Source of the DNA: Basidiobolus meristosporus CBS 931.73
Lineage: Eukaryota > Fungi > Basidiobolomycota
Assembly: GCA_002104905.1 (NCBI GenBank)
Contig: MCFE01000043.1
Coordinates: 124,001 to 188,000, forward strand
DNA: 64,000 bases
Direction: 5' to 3'
This document shows positions 28,801-40,902 of the stretch, piece by piece (position 1 is the stretch's first letter; every line of letters starts with the position of its first letter). The position numbers were made by a program, and so were the translations under genes. The notes under the pieces were generated by a model. That model saw only the letters and a program-made list of their open reading frames with translations, did no database searches and had not been told where the DNA came from.

Positions 28801-29880
28801 CTATAAGCCAGATAGAGCAAATCCAGTTCTATTAGCTCTATATGTGGATGATCTTATTATATCCGCCAATAACCTAGAAACATTGGAAGAGACTAAATCC
28901 AGCCTATCTAAGGAGTTCAAGATGTCCGATCTAGGAGAACTTAGTTACTACTTAGGGATTAAGCTCTCCATAGACAGAAGTACCCAGACTATTACCCTAA
29001 GCCAATCCAAGTATATTCAAGATATACTAAAGAAGTACAAAATGGAAGACTGTAAACTGGCAGCTACCCCAATGAAGACAAACCTTAACTTGGTCAAAAC
29101 TCAACCAAATCAAGAGAGCTTGGTGCCATCTGAAAGTCCTGACTTTCCTTATCAATCTATGGTTGGCAGTCTGATGTATATCATGCTTGGAACATGTCCA
29201 GATATCTCATATTCAGTGGGAGTTGTCAGCCAACATAATCAGAATTATGGATCTGATCATATTGCAGCAGTTAAGCGGATTTTTAGATACCTAAAAGGAA
29301 CTGCTGATATCAGCTTAAGATACACTTATAAGGACTCAGAACAGGATCTTGTGGGATACTCTGATGCTGATTTGGGACAAAATTTGGAAGACAGAAGATT
29401 CACCACAGGATACACCTTTCTTTACTGTAAAGGAGCAATTTCATGGAATTCAAGAAAGCAACCAACCATAGCACTTTCTACTACAGAGGCAGAGTATATG
29501 GCAGCCTGTGAAGCTACAAAAGAAGCAATGTGGCTAAGAAAGCTCTTTACAGATTTAGGCCTATGTCAAAAAACGCCTATTACTTTATTTCAAGATAATC
29601 AAGGATGTATACAATTAGGTAGAAATCCAACTTTTCATGCTGAACCAAGCACATAGATATTAGACATCATTTCATACGTGAAGCTATAGAGAATAACCTA
29701 GTTTACTTTCCTACAGATGAAATGATTGCTGACATATTTACCAAACCATTAGCTAGAGACAAGTTTGAATATCTTAGGTCAAAATTAGGACTAGTCAGTA
29801 TGAACATTTAGCTGAGTGGGAGTGTTATAAAAATTCGTATTTCCACCTAAATATTCACCTAACTTAGTCACTTAGATCAC

Positions 29881-32695
29881 TTTTATTGATGATTATACAA
29901 GATACACATGGGTCTACTTCATGGAGAGAAAGGAAGAAGCTCTGTCTAAGTTCAGGGAGTTTAAAGCCATGGTGGAGAGAGAAACTGGTGAAAAAATCAA
30001 GAAAATACGCTCTGACAATGGTGGAGAATATACCTCAAAACTCTTCATCCACTTCTGCAAAGCTCATGGGATAAAGCAAGAGACTACTGTACCATGCTCC
30101 CCACAGCAAAATGGAGTAGCAGAATGTGCAAACAAATCAATAATTGATATGGCAAGATCTATGATCCATGATCAAAAATTATCCTATGAAATTTGGGCAG
30201 AATCAGTTGCCACTGCTGTATACCTTAAAAATATCAGTTATAACAGAACGCTTTGTGATTCTACTCCAATTGAAGCATGAGATAGGTACAGACCAAGTGC
30301 AGAACATCCAAGAATATTTGGGTGTTCAGCATATACCAAGAAACCAACTGGAAATCAGTGAAATTTTGAGCCAAAAAGTGTAAGATGCATACATTCTGGG
30401 CTACTGCAATGAGAGGAAAGCATACAGACTCTACAATACCAAAGCAAAGAAGCTAATCAAGTCCAGAGATATGTTGTTTGATGAAAATTCAAATTTTCAC
30501 AAAAAATGACATCAGATGATGACAAAAATCTGATCTTGAGTCCACCAATTGTCCGGATTGAATCAGAGCAAAACAATGAAAATTTCTTCACTACAGCAGA
30601 CTCTACAACCATGGTTTCAGCCTGAAGCAGTGCCCAGGAATATCCCAGAAGTGATCATTCCAGTATCAAATGCCCGGAGATCCAATTGGACAAGAAATAG
30701 CCCAAATTACTATATCAATGAGGGTACAAATATAGCCTATGCCTATTCAGTCCATATTGATGAGACCCAGACTGTAAAAGAGGCCCTAAATAGGCCTCAG
30801 ACAAAGTTTTGGAGATATGCATTGACTGAGGAATATCAGGCTCTATTGGAAAATCAAACTTGGGACTTGGTCAAATTACCAATCAACCAAGAATTGACTG
30901 GATGCAGATGGATCTTTAAGACAAAATACAAGGCTGATGGCACAATTGGAAAATATAAGCAAGACTTGTGGCCAAAGGATACTCCTAAACAAAAGGACTT
31001 GACTACAATGAGACCTTTGCACAGGTAGCCAAGTCTAATTCCATCAGATTAATATTGGCAATTGCGGCCAAATATAGGTTTTTTATCCATCAAATGGATA
31101 TGAAAACTGCATTTTTGAATGCAGAGCTGGATGATAATGTGTATATGAACCAGCCTGATGGGTTTGCTGGCCAAGATAATCCTCATTGGGTCTGCAAGCC
31201 TAAAGGGTTTCTATCAGTGCTTAAGCATTTAGCAAGTGACTGGAATTGCAAAACAGATTCTTATTTGAAATGCTTGAGTTGCCAAAGGAGTAATGCTGAC
31301 TATAGTATATACTATAAGCCAGATAGAGCAAATCCAGCTCTATTAGCTCTATATGTGGATGATCTTATTATAGCTGCCAATAACTTAGAAACATTGGAAG
31401 ATACTAAATCCAGCCTACTTAAGGAGTTCAAGATGTCTGATCTAGGGAACTCAGTTACTACTTAGGGATTAAGTTCTCCATAGACAGATGTATCCAGACT
31501 ATTACCCTAAGCCAATCCAAGTATATTCAAGATATACTAAAGAAGTACAAAATGAAAGACTGTAAACCAGCAGCCTACCCCAACAGAGAACAAACCTTAA
31601 CTTGATCAAAACTCAACCAAATCAAGAGAGCTTCAGTGCCATCTGAAAGCCATGACTTTCCTTATCAATCTATGAGTTGGCAGTCTGATGTATATCATGC
31701 TTGGAACATGTTCAGATATCTCATATTCAGTGGGAGCTGTCAGCCAGCATAATCAGAACTATGGATCTGATCATATTGCAGCAGTTCAAGTGGATTTCAG
31801 ATAACCTAAAAGGAACTGCTGATATCTGCTTAAGATATGCTTATAAGAATTCAGAACAGGAACTTGTGGGTTACTTTGATGCTGATTGGGGACAAAATTT
31901 GGAAGACAGGAGATCCACTACAGGATACACCTTTCTTCACCGTAAAGGAGCAATATCATGGATACTCAAAAAAGCAACCAAATGTAGCACATTCTACCAC
32001 AGAGGCAGAGTATATGGCAGCCTGTGAGGCAACAAAAGAAGCAATGTGGCTAAGGAGGCTTTTTAAAGATTTATGCTTGTGTCAAAAACACCTATTACTT
32101 TATTTCAAGATAATCAGGGATGTATACAATTAGGTAGAAATCCAGCTTTTCATGCTAGAACTAAGCACACAGATATTAGACATCATTTCATAGGTGAAGC
32201 TATAAAGAGTAGCTTAGTTAACTTGGCTTATTGTCCTACAGATGAAATTACTGCAGACATGTTTACTGAACCCTTGGCTAGAGATAGTTTGAATATCTTA
32301 GGTCAAAATTAGGACAAATAAGTATAAACATTTACTTGAGTGGGAGTGTTGTAAAAACTTGTAACTCCACCTAAATGCTCTCCTAACTTAGTTGCTTAGA
32401 TCATTACCTCCAAATCCCAGAGAATACTGACTAAAATCCTTTTTGGGATTTACTTGGAATATTTTCACTAAAAAATCAGGTACCCAGAATATGATAATTG
32501 TCACAGTTGTCCAACCAGCCTCAACCTTTGCACATATGCTCTTGGGACCTTCCTAAACCTATTCAGCGTGTTTATTATGCCAAGATCATGTAAAAGTATA
32601 AATACTACTTTTACATTCAATATATCATTAAGTGAGATCCACACAATCTACTTGTTCTCCCAGTCACTTCCAATATCTCCAAGACTCTTACAACA
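29881..32695 (+). mobile_element. Second, more decayed Copia copy (integrase core to 3' LTR)
   Basis: Restarts at the position equivalent to ~27370; IN-RT-RH fragments; PPT; LTR 32347-32695. Confidence 0.95.
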
Positions 32696-32829
32696 GCTTA
32701 TTGGCCACTGAGTCAATTGGCAGCTCACAGCTTCACAATGCTTTTGGACTAATCAACCACTGTTATATCACTTAATCAGAATGATGGTAACCGAAATGAT
32801 AAATATCAGTATAATGTGTAGTGTGATAA

Positions 32830-33780
32830 GCTTTCACAACCATTAACATTAAAGACAAATGTCCAAATACCTGATTGTACCTACCATCATAGTGGTATCC
32901 AATTGTGCCTGCAATACAAACTTTACAAGTTGGTCCAATCATCTGTGCCAACCTCATTGTATCAGAATGTGCTATAGTGTGCAAGATTGTCCCACATAGT
33001 GCCATATTGCCCAAAAGCAATCCTGCCTGCTGGTAGCTATATTATTGCACCCAATCATCCATAGAGTTCATGGATTGTGCTGTACACCCTGGCACAGTAG
33101 AATGGAACAAGTTCAATACATGGATGATCTTATAAGAAGCAACTAATAGCCCAAAAAAGCCCCAAAGTGACTAAATTCAGCCCATATGTGGAGTTCAATA
33201 TGTCCAATATGGGTGAGCTCTTTCACTGCTTGAGGATAAGGCTCTTCATAGACAGAGGTACTCAGATTGTTACCTTTACTCTGTCCAGGAAAACTCAAGG
33301 CATACTGGAAGGTAGCAAATGGAAGACTGTACACCAGCTGCCACCTCAGTGAAGACACACCAAGATGTGGTCAAACATCAGCCAAATCCATTGTCAGACT
33401 TTTGGAGATATCCAAAGTGATTGGAACATATGGTTTTCACTTACCAATATATTGAATGCAACAGTAGTATTTATACTTTTAGATGGTCTTGGCAAGATAA
33501 ACACATGCTATATGCTAGGAAGCTCCCAAGAATGTGTGCGCACAACTTGGGGTTGTTTGCACAACTTTAGGAAATTTCATGTTCTTGATACCTGATGTCT
33601 TGGTGAAAATATTTCAAGTAAATCATAGCAGGGTATTAGGTAGAATTCTCTATGATTTGTAAGCTATGACCTTGGTGACCAAGTTAGGTCAGTGTTCAGG
33701 TGTAATTATGAAATTTACAACAAAATCAAGAGTTGCTTTGTATCATTTGAATGCCCAGACCTCCCTTGTCCTATCATATG
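32830..33780 (+). repeat. Direct repeat A' (copy of 24440-25380)
   Basis: Long near-identical stretches, e.g. gtgactaaattcagcccatatgtggagttcaatatgtccaat. Confidence 0.8.
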
Positions 33781-34737
33781 ACCATCAAAGGAGCATCTGG
33801 CCGGAGTTCACTGCTGTGGCTCACTTGGCCAATCCATACCTACCAGTAAGCGGGGGGAGGGGGGGTTCCACCTAGATCCAAGTGTTGGGGAAGACCAGAT
33901 CACTGTGGTACCCCCTTCCAGTTGGGTTTGGACAGGGAACACGTACCACTAGTCACCATATAGCAGCTTCATGGCAATTGGTGCGTGCTGTGTATTGATG
34001 AGCGAGTGACCAACATGAAAATCTACCATAGGGAGGGAGGAGGGCGACCGGACAAAGCACTGATCGCTCTCATGGGATGGTGTGAGCATCGCCACGGCAT
34101 GGGTACATCCATGTAGATCCAACATTGCCAGCCTCCCCCTAAAACCCGGTGGCTTGGCTCCATGGTAAGATTCAAGTCTCATCAACCATCTTCACGGCCA
34201 GTGGTGGGCCAGGTAGTTTGGATACGGAAGCGGTCATGGCATCTTGGGTCATCCAGGTGAGGGTACACACCGCAAGTACCAAGCTGTGACCACATTCGGT
34301 GGACTCGGTTGGGCGTCAACACAATTGAGGCGACGTGCAGCGTTCCAAACCCAATTTGGATCCCCACCCAACCAGGTAGGAACTTGTCTGGGGGGGTAGA
34401 TTGTAGCCCAGGGGGGGGGAATGATTGGCTGAAGGGGAAAATTCACGAGCCACCAAACCCATCCCGGACAGAGCGGGTAGCGTGCAGTGGTGGCGAACAT
34501 GGGTGAAGGATGAGATGATCCGGTGACGCGATGATGGTGGCATCCTAGAGTAACCACCACGGTGATGGCGAGATTGACCGGGCAAGTGGGGTGATTGGTC
34601 CACCAGCTTCACACTCACCGCACGTTATTTTTACCATCTGTCGGATGGGAGCGACCATCCACTGGCCAGGTTTGACCCTTGGTATGCATACGTAACAATG
34701 GCGAGGGGGAGAGAATGCAGTGGATGGTGGGCCAGAG

Positions 34738-34744
34738 TATAAAA
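34738..34744 (+). promoter_or_regulatory. Putative TATA box of the quinone reductase gene
   Basis: TATAAAA ~90 bp upstream of the ATG at 34828; position only. Confidence 0.45.
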
Positions 34745-34827
34745 TCCCTCCCGACATTCCCGACATGGGACTTCGTATCCAATCCTCGATCCTCGACCCA
34801 CTTCCCTCAATCCCACTTCCCTTCACC

Positions 34828-35439
34828 ATGGTCAAGATCTACATCATCATCCACACCGTTTACCACCACATCTACCAACTCGCCCTTGCCATCAAGGAAG
34901 GCGTCGAGAAGGTTCCCGGCGTGGAGGTCTCCCTCTTCCAGGTCCCCGAAACCCTATCGGAGGAGGTGTTGGCCAAGATGCACGCCCCACCCAAGCCGGA
35001 CATTCCGGTGATCACCCCGGCGCAGTTGGAGGAAGCGGACGGCTTCATCTTCGGCATCCCCACCAGATACGGCACCCAGCCAGGTCAGTGGAGAGCATTC
35101 TGGGACGCGACCGGCTCCCTGTGGGCCCGTGGCGCTTTGGCCAAGAAGTTCGCCACCACCTTCTTCTCCACCGCGTCCCAACACGGCGGACAGGAGACCA
35201 CCGCATTGACCTCGCTGACCACCTTGGCCCATCACGGAATCATCTACGTTCCCCTTGGCTACACCTCGCCCCATCTCACTGACAACAGCGAGGTGCTCGG
35301 GGGCAGCGCGTACGGCGCGGGCACCATCGCCGGTGGAGACGGCTCTCGCAAACCATCCGCCAAGGAGTTGGAGGTGGCCAACCACCAAGGGGAGTACTTT
35401 GCCAAGATTGTCCAGCAGTATGTCCGCGGTGCCCAGTAA
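34828..35439 (+). CDS. Flavodoxin-like NAD(P)H:quinone oxidoreductase, WrbA/Pst2/Ycp4 family (203 aa, intronless)
   Basis: FGIPTRYG, FFSTASQHGGQETT, GGSAYGAG...DGSRKPS..ELEVA..QG; start chosen at ACCATGG. Confidence 0.95.
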   Translation: MVKIYIIIHTVYHHIYQLALAIKEGVEKVPGVEVSLFQVPETLSEEVLAKMHAPPKPDIPVITPAQLEEADGFIFGIPTRYGTQPGQWRAFWDATGSLWARGALAKKFATTFFSTASQHGGQETTALTSLTTLAHHGIIYVPLGYTSPHLTDNSEVLGGSAYGAGTIAGGDGSRKPSAKELEVANHQGEYFAKIVQQYVRGAQ

Positions 35440-35840
35440 TTGCCCCTGGAGCGCGCTATCTGCAACCTTTCCCCCTTCCCGCGGCCCCTCCCCTCCACTC
35501 CAACATCCACACCACCCCTATGTCGCCACCCCCCCCTGGTGCTCACATTCTCCATAATAAACCAACTCAAACCAACAAACCCTGACATCAGTGTTACATA
35601 AGTTGTGTCAGCATGAGACGGACGGGACCTGATGTCGTCATTCGGCTGACGTCACCCAACCATCCCTTCCTACGCGTCCCAGCGGACCAGTGTTTGAGGA
35701 ATATATATTGTGGCCTGGCCATGGGCAGAGCAGAAAACTCCAGTAAACCAACGAAAGCCACGTTGGCTATATACACCCAAACACACCCAACCCACAGCCA
35801 TACCACAGCACCACATCACGTTACATCCCCCCCACCAACC

Positions 35841-36394
35841 ATGACATCCACTAACAAGGTAGGTTCATCGAGCTGCGACGAGAGAGAGGAGAGACTGACC
35901 CCTGGACAGGAAGGACCCTCAGGAAACACGCTCGCCGGTCTGAGAGACACGGTGTCCGGCAAGGCGAAGGTAAGGGTTGGGATTACGGGTGAACGGAAGC
36001 GATGGTAAGGGAACTAACCAAACCTTGGTTGCTTTCCGGTGTTTACCACGACCAGGAAGAGATCGGGGAGCTGACGGGGAACCCGGAGATGGGCGGGGTG
36101 GGGAGCTACGAGAAGCAGCTTGGTCAACAGGAGCTCGCCGCCCCGGACGGCCCGCGACTGAGAAAGGGTCTGGGAACGGGCGGCCCGAACGAATCCGCGG
36201 ACCAGACGAAACGAACGGTCGAGGATGATCAGGAGATCGATGTGGCCAGGGCCTCGGAGTACGCGGAAGGAGCGGGCACGAAGGTGGCGGGAATCATCGA
36301 GTCGGTGGTTGGAAGTATCATCGGGGACGAGTCGCTCAAGGACCAAGGGGAAAGTAAGAAGATCGAAGGGGAACTTCAGATGCGCAACGCCTGA
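35841..36394 (+). CDS. Small CsbD/UPF0337-like (Hmp1-like) protein, 138 aa, 3 exons (35841-35858, 35910-35969, 36056-36394)
   Basis: GT-AG introns with CTGAC/CTAAC branch sites keep the frame; two repeats, DTVSGKAKEEIGELTGN and GTKVAGIIESVVGSIIGDESLKDQGESKKIEG. Confidence 0.75.
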
Positions 36395-36643
36395 CCCCAA
36401 CCCTAACCCAATCTGACCTGATCATCCACCTATCCACTGACCGTTTGTCGCGTACACCCACTCGGGAAGGGAACCTCCGCCAATCATGGCACTTACGAAG
36501 GATCCAGACAACAAACCACCCACCTAATAAACACCCATTCCCAGACCGCAATCTTGATTGGTCCCTCGATCGGTAGTTGTAAATAAACCGTGGATCGAGC
36601 ATTTATTTGCCCATCACATATCGATATCGCCACTTACCGAGTC

Positions 36644-37678
36644 ATGACTCTACATCCACCCATCCCTCCCCCGAAGCCCATTTTCAGGGATTCGTCCGAG
36701 GGGCAGCCCGTCCCTCCGCCCAGACCGACGGCTCCCCCCGCTCCCTTTGACAGGGAAGACACGAACTTACACGAATGCGACCAAGAGGGCGTCGAGGGTA
36801 GTCAAGCCCGCACCTCACTCATCAGCGCGAAACAAGGTTGCCTACCCGTGGTGCCTCTGGAAGGGGGGAGGCGGCCCAACGAGAAGCCCGGATCCAGAAG
36901 AAAGGAGCTGCCCTCCCTGCCTGTGCACGAGAAACACGTCTACCGGGAGTTGGTGAGAGAGGGGCCAGAGAACGGGGCTGGACTGTTGTTGGAGGAAGAG
37001 GGAAGCGGGAGCGGGAACATGGCGAAGGTGGATCATATGAGCTTCGTCCGTGTCCAAACCGCGTCATCCCATCCAAATTCCCATGATACCAGGTCGGATA
37101 CCCATCCCGATACCGAATCCCCTCCTTACGTCAATCCAGCCGTACCCGTCAACTCTAAACCCCACAAATATGGTCAGTTGGTGGGACAAACCAGATCCAC
37201 CAAACCATTGCCGAAGCCTCGTACCACCTCGGGGGCATTGGAGCTGGCCCAAAGCGAGCTCAAGCTAGCCTACTTCCAGGTGAACTCTCTACAGCAGCGG
37301 GTGTCGAGCCAGCAGGAAGAACTGGACCGGCAGCGGGCACGGGAGGAGCAGCACGCGAGGGAGCGCTCCGAGCTGGTCCTGCGCAACCTGGAGATGTCGG
37401 AAACGGAGGCCCGCCTCAGGGCAGAGATATCGGGGATGCGGGAGGCGATGTCTCGGTTGGAAACGGAGAACGCCCGCCTGACCAGGGAGATGGAGAAGCT
37501 CACGGTGGAGAATGAGCGCCGATTGCTGGCGGTCGAGCGACAATCTGCCTACCTCAAGGCGGAGCTGATCAAAAGCGCCACGTTCGCCGACTCGGCGGTT
37601 CAGCAGATCCTGATGGGGGCCACGAACGTGGGCCAGGTGGCTGCCTGCTTGGGCAGCCTAGGTAAGATCGACCCGTAG
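36644..37678 (+). CDS. Hypothetical protein (344 aa): Pro-rich N-terminus, C-terminal coiled coil
   Basis: Long ORF in the GC-rich island; E/R/L-rich heptad-like C-terminal half; family not recognised. Confidence 0.75.
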   Translation: MTLHPPIPPPKPIFRDSSEGQPVPPPRPTAPPAPFDREDTNLHECDQEGVEGSQARTSLISAKQGCLPVVPLEGGRRPNEKPGSRRKELPSLPVHEKHVYRELVREGPENGAGLLLEEEGSGSGNMAKVDHMSFVRVQTASSHPNSHDTRSDTHPDTESPPYVNPAVPVNSKPHKYGQLVGQTRSTKPLPKPRTTSGALELAQSELKLAYFQVNSLQQRVSSQQEELDRQRAREEQHARERSELVLRNLEMSETEARLRAEISGMREAMSRLETENARLTREMEKLTVENERRLLAVERQSAYLKAELIKSATFADSAVQQILMGATNVGQVAACLGSLGKIDP

Positions 37679-38821
37679 GCCGGGGTCGGGAGTGTACAGT
37701 TGAAGGAAGAATACGTCGGGGATGGGATGCACGTATTATTGTGAATAAACAAGTCGGGTTTTATTGATGAATCTCGTTATGTCCATTGATCGGGTTGGTC
37801 CTGCTTAATGATGGACCACAGAAACATCCCGTTGTACCCCAACACCAAGGAGGCAACGCAGCCGAGAGTGATCAGCGGGCTTACGCTGGGCTTCCCCTGG
37901 CCTTGCTCTAGAAATGGAGGTTAGTCCTGGCTCGAACGACATCCCCCGAGAATTCCTTACCAAAACTGCTCTCCAAGCCTAGCGAGCAGCCCACGAGCGC
38001 CAGGACGAAGAGAAGCGCGGGTGTTGGGTGGTTCATGATGGCACGGAAGAGAGCGCGTGTCGGTGCGGCTATATATGGCACCGTCGGATGCAGGAGCGTT
38101 TCGAGGACCACTTGGAACCGCAATCCATGGTAACTTGGAGCGTTGAAACGCAGATGAGACGTACATGTCGCAAGCGGGCCTCACATCATTTCCAATTAGG
38201 AGCCAATCGATATCTGGGATCCATTTGATGGCCATTTGATGGCCATTTGAGGGATTAATTGAGCCAAAAGCTGGTCGAGCTATCTTTCCATAAATGGGCC
38301 ACCAGTTAGACTACATCAACATGGAATAGGAAGGCAGGAAAGGTGGACAGACTCTAGATGCGATCAGTGAATGCGTCATCAATAGGCATCCTCCTCAGCA
38401 CCCGCACCCGCGGTTGAATCTTGAACACCGCCACATTCCGGAATCAACGGCCAGGATCAGAAGCCACCAGGCTACACAGGTATCTGGCTCGTATCGTGTC
38501 GAGGATCAATAAGGATTGATTGAATGGAAATTCGACACCGCTTCTCGCCACGATGGCCATAAACAGCATTCTCGGATACGACCTGATCTACGTATTTTGG
38601 GAATGAGGTTGGGATCATGAACAAGCACTCAGATCTACGCATTTGGGAATGCAGTTGTGATCATGGATGAGCACTTCATTCGCTCACCGGTGATTCAGAT
38701 TCAATTTCAATACCAGGGACTTCGTAATGGGTGACATCAGGCGGTTCTGGCCAATCAGGGCCGCGATCCCGATAGCCACCTTATGGGGAGTCGCTGGTGT
38801 CGATAAAGCATGGCCGAGGAG

Positions 38822-38827
38822 TATAAA
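38822..38827 (+). promoter_or_regulatory. Putative TATA box of PGM
   Basis: TATAAA 58 bp upstream of the ATG at 38880. Confidence 0.5.
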
Positions 38828-38879
38828 TGGGCCGCACCCGCTGAATCATCCCCTCGTAATTCCCATTCGATCCATTGAA

Positions 38880-40559
38880 ATGCCTGGATTCACAGTCAAC
38901 ACTGTCCCCACCACTCCATACGAAGGCCAGAAGCCGGGCACCTCCGGCTTGCGTAAGCGAGTCAAAGTGTTCCAACAAAAGAATTACACCGAGAACTTCA
39001 TCCAGGCCACCTTGGCCGCCATGCCCGCGCCCGGGGCCAAGGGAAGCACCTTGGTGGTAGGTGGTGATGGCAGATACTACTCCAAGGACGCCATCCAGAT
39101 CATCATCCGCCTTGCCGCCGGCAACGGCGTCACCAAGCTCATCATCGGCAGAAACGGCATCCTCTCCACCCCCGCCGCCTCCAACCTCATCCGCAAGCGC
39201 AAGGTCTCCGGAGGCATCCTCCTCACCGCCTCTCACAACCCCGGAGGCCCCGAGAACGACTTCGGCATCAAGTACAACATCAGCAACGGCGGGCCTGCCC
39301 CCGAGGCCGTCACCGACGCCATCTACGAGAAGACCACCCAGATCAAGGAGTACTACGAGAGCAACATCCCCGAGGTTGATCTCAACCAGATCGGGGAGCA
39401 GAGCTTCGACGGATTCTCGGTCGAGATCGTCGACTCGGTCGCCGATTACGTCGAGATGTCCAAGGAGATCTTCGACTTCCCCAAGATCAAGGAGTTCTTC
39501 CAGAAGCGCCCCGAGTTCAAGGTTCTCTTCGACGGCATGCACGGAGTGACCGGCCCCTACGGACAACGGATCTTTGTCGAGGAGCTCGGCCTCCCCGCCA
39601 CCTCGGTCATGAACTGCGTGCCCAAGGAAGACTTCGGCGGTGGCCATCCCGACCCCAACCTCACCTACGCTCACGAGCTCGTCGAGAGAGTCGAGAAGGA
39701 GAACATCCACTTCGGAGCCGCCTCCGACGGTGACGGTGATCGTAACATGATCATCGGCAAGGGATGCTTTGTCACCCCCTCGGACTCTGTGGCCGTCATC
39801 GCCGCCCACGCCGAATCCATCCCCTACTTCAGAAAGAACGGTGTCAAGGGACTTGCCAGAAGCATGCCCACCAGCACCGCACTCGACCGCGTCGCCCAGA
39901 AGAAGGGCTTGGAGTACTTCGAGGTCCCCACCGGATGGAAGTTCTTCGGCAACCTCATGGATGCCGATCGTCTCTCCATCTGCGGTGAGGAATCGTTCGG
40001 AACCGGATCGAACCACATCCGCGAGAAGGACGGCATCTGGGCCATCCTCGCCTGGTTGAACATCTTGGCTGCCGAGAACGACAAGAACGCCCAGGTCGGG
40101 ATCAAGGACATCTTGGCCGAGCACTACCACACCTACGGCCGCAACTTCTTCACTCGCTACGACTACGAGGAGGTGGACTCCGCCGCTGCCGGCAAGATGG
40201 TCGACCACTTGAACGAGTATCTCACCACCAAGAAGGATGAGTTCATCGGCACCAGCTTTGGTGAGTTCAAGGTCGCCGACGCCGACAACTTCTCATACAC
40301 CGACCCCATCGACAACAGCGTTTCCAAGAACCAGGGCATCCGTATCATCTTCAGCGACAGCTCTCGCATCATCTTCCGTCTCAGCGGCACCGGCTCCCAA
40401 GGGGCCACCATCCGCTTGTACATCGAGAAGTACGAGTCCGATCCATCCAAGTACGACTTGGACGCCCAGGTCGCCTTGAAGCCATTGGTTGAACAGGCCC
40501 TCACTCTCTCGCAGCTGACCAAGTTCACTGGCCGTGAAAGACCCACCGTCATCACATAA
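38880..40559 (+). CDS. PGM: Phosphoglucomutase (559 aa, intronless)
   Basis: [11 protein letters not shown], catalytic TASHNPGG, metal-binding DGDGDR, sugar-binding GEESFG, C-terminal PTVIT. Confidence 0.98.
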   Translation: MPGFTVNTVPTTPYEGQKPGTSGLRKRVKVFQQKNYTENFIQATLAAMPAPGAKGSTLVVGGDGRYYSKDAIQIIIRLAAGNGVTKLIIGRNGILSTPAASNLIRKRKVSGGILLTASHNPGGPENDFGIKYNISNGGPAPEAVTDAIYEKTTQIKEYYESNIPEVDLNQIGEQSFDGFSVEIVDSVADYVEMSKEIFDFPKIKEFFQKRPEFKVLFDGMHGVTGPYGQRIFVEELGLPATSVMNCVPKEDFGGGHPDPNLTYAHELVERVEKENIHFGAASDGDGDRNMIIGKGCFVTPSDSVAVIAAHAESIPYFRKNGVKGLARSMPTSTALDRVAQKKGLEYFEVPTGWKFFGNLMDADRLSICGEESFGTGSNHIREKDGIWAILAWLNILAAENDKNAQVGIKDILAEHYHTYGRNFFTRYDYEEVDSAAAGKMVDHLNEYLTTKKDEFIGTSFGEFKVADADNFSYTDPIDNSVSKNQGIRIIFSDSSRIIFRLSGTGSQGATIRLYIEKYESDPSKYDLDAQVALKPLVEQALTLSQLTKFTGRERPTVIT

Positions 40560-40902
40560 GCGAACTCGTCCACCGACCATCACCTATGTACATACATATT
40601 CCCTTAATTCACCTCTTCCAATATCGTGAATAATAAATCCAATCCATTTTTCCATTCATTGTTGATTCCCCATGCCTCCGTAGTCGATTTGTTTTTCACC
40701 TGTCGACCGGCATCTTGATTGCCAAAAATATTGATGAAAAAATATCCCAGTCCGGAAGCCAATGATCGTTCTGTCGAGACTTCCAACGACAAAAAAATCC
40801 CAATTCCTGATGTGCGAGCGTTCGGCAACGAAGAGGGGGGGGGGGGGATCGCTATATCTGGATTGATCCAGGTTCGTTCTTGGAAGTGTCAGTATTTTCG
40901 AC

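Larger units (their letters stand above)
25510..29880 (+). mobile_element. Ty1/Copia retrotransposon (Copia-1), nearly full length, with stops and frameshifts; 3' LTR truncated
   Basis: Order gag (ATG 25890; CNYC..G...WC), PR (WYIDSGAS), IN (HRRFGH, CEAC, SDNGGEY, NGVAE), RT (KARLVAKGYSQ, YVDD), RNaseH (GYSDAD, EAEY); PPT GAGTGGGAG; 3' LTR only 29823-29880. Confidence 0.97.

Noticed and set aside
34720-38879. Longer N-termini for the quinone reductase (34720), the orphan (36590) and PGM (38727)
   Set aside because: The extensions use non-ATG starts or run through TATA-like sequence and lack family similarity.
38781-40208. 475-aa antisense ORF over PGM, plus other long shadow ORFs in the gene island
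   Set aside because: Expected by-product of strong C-ending codon bias; no recognisable domain.
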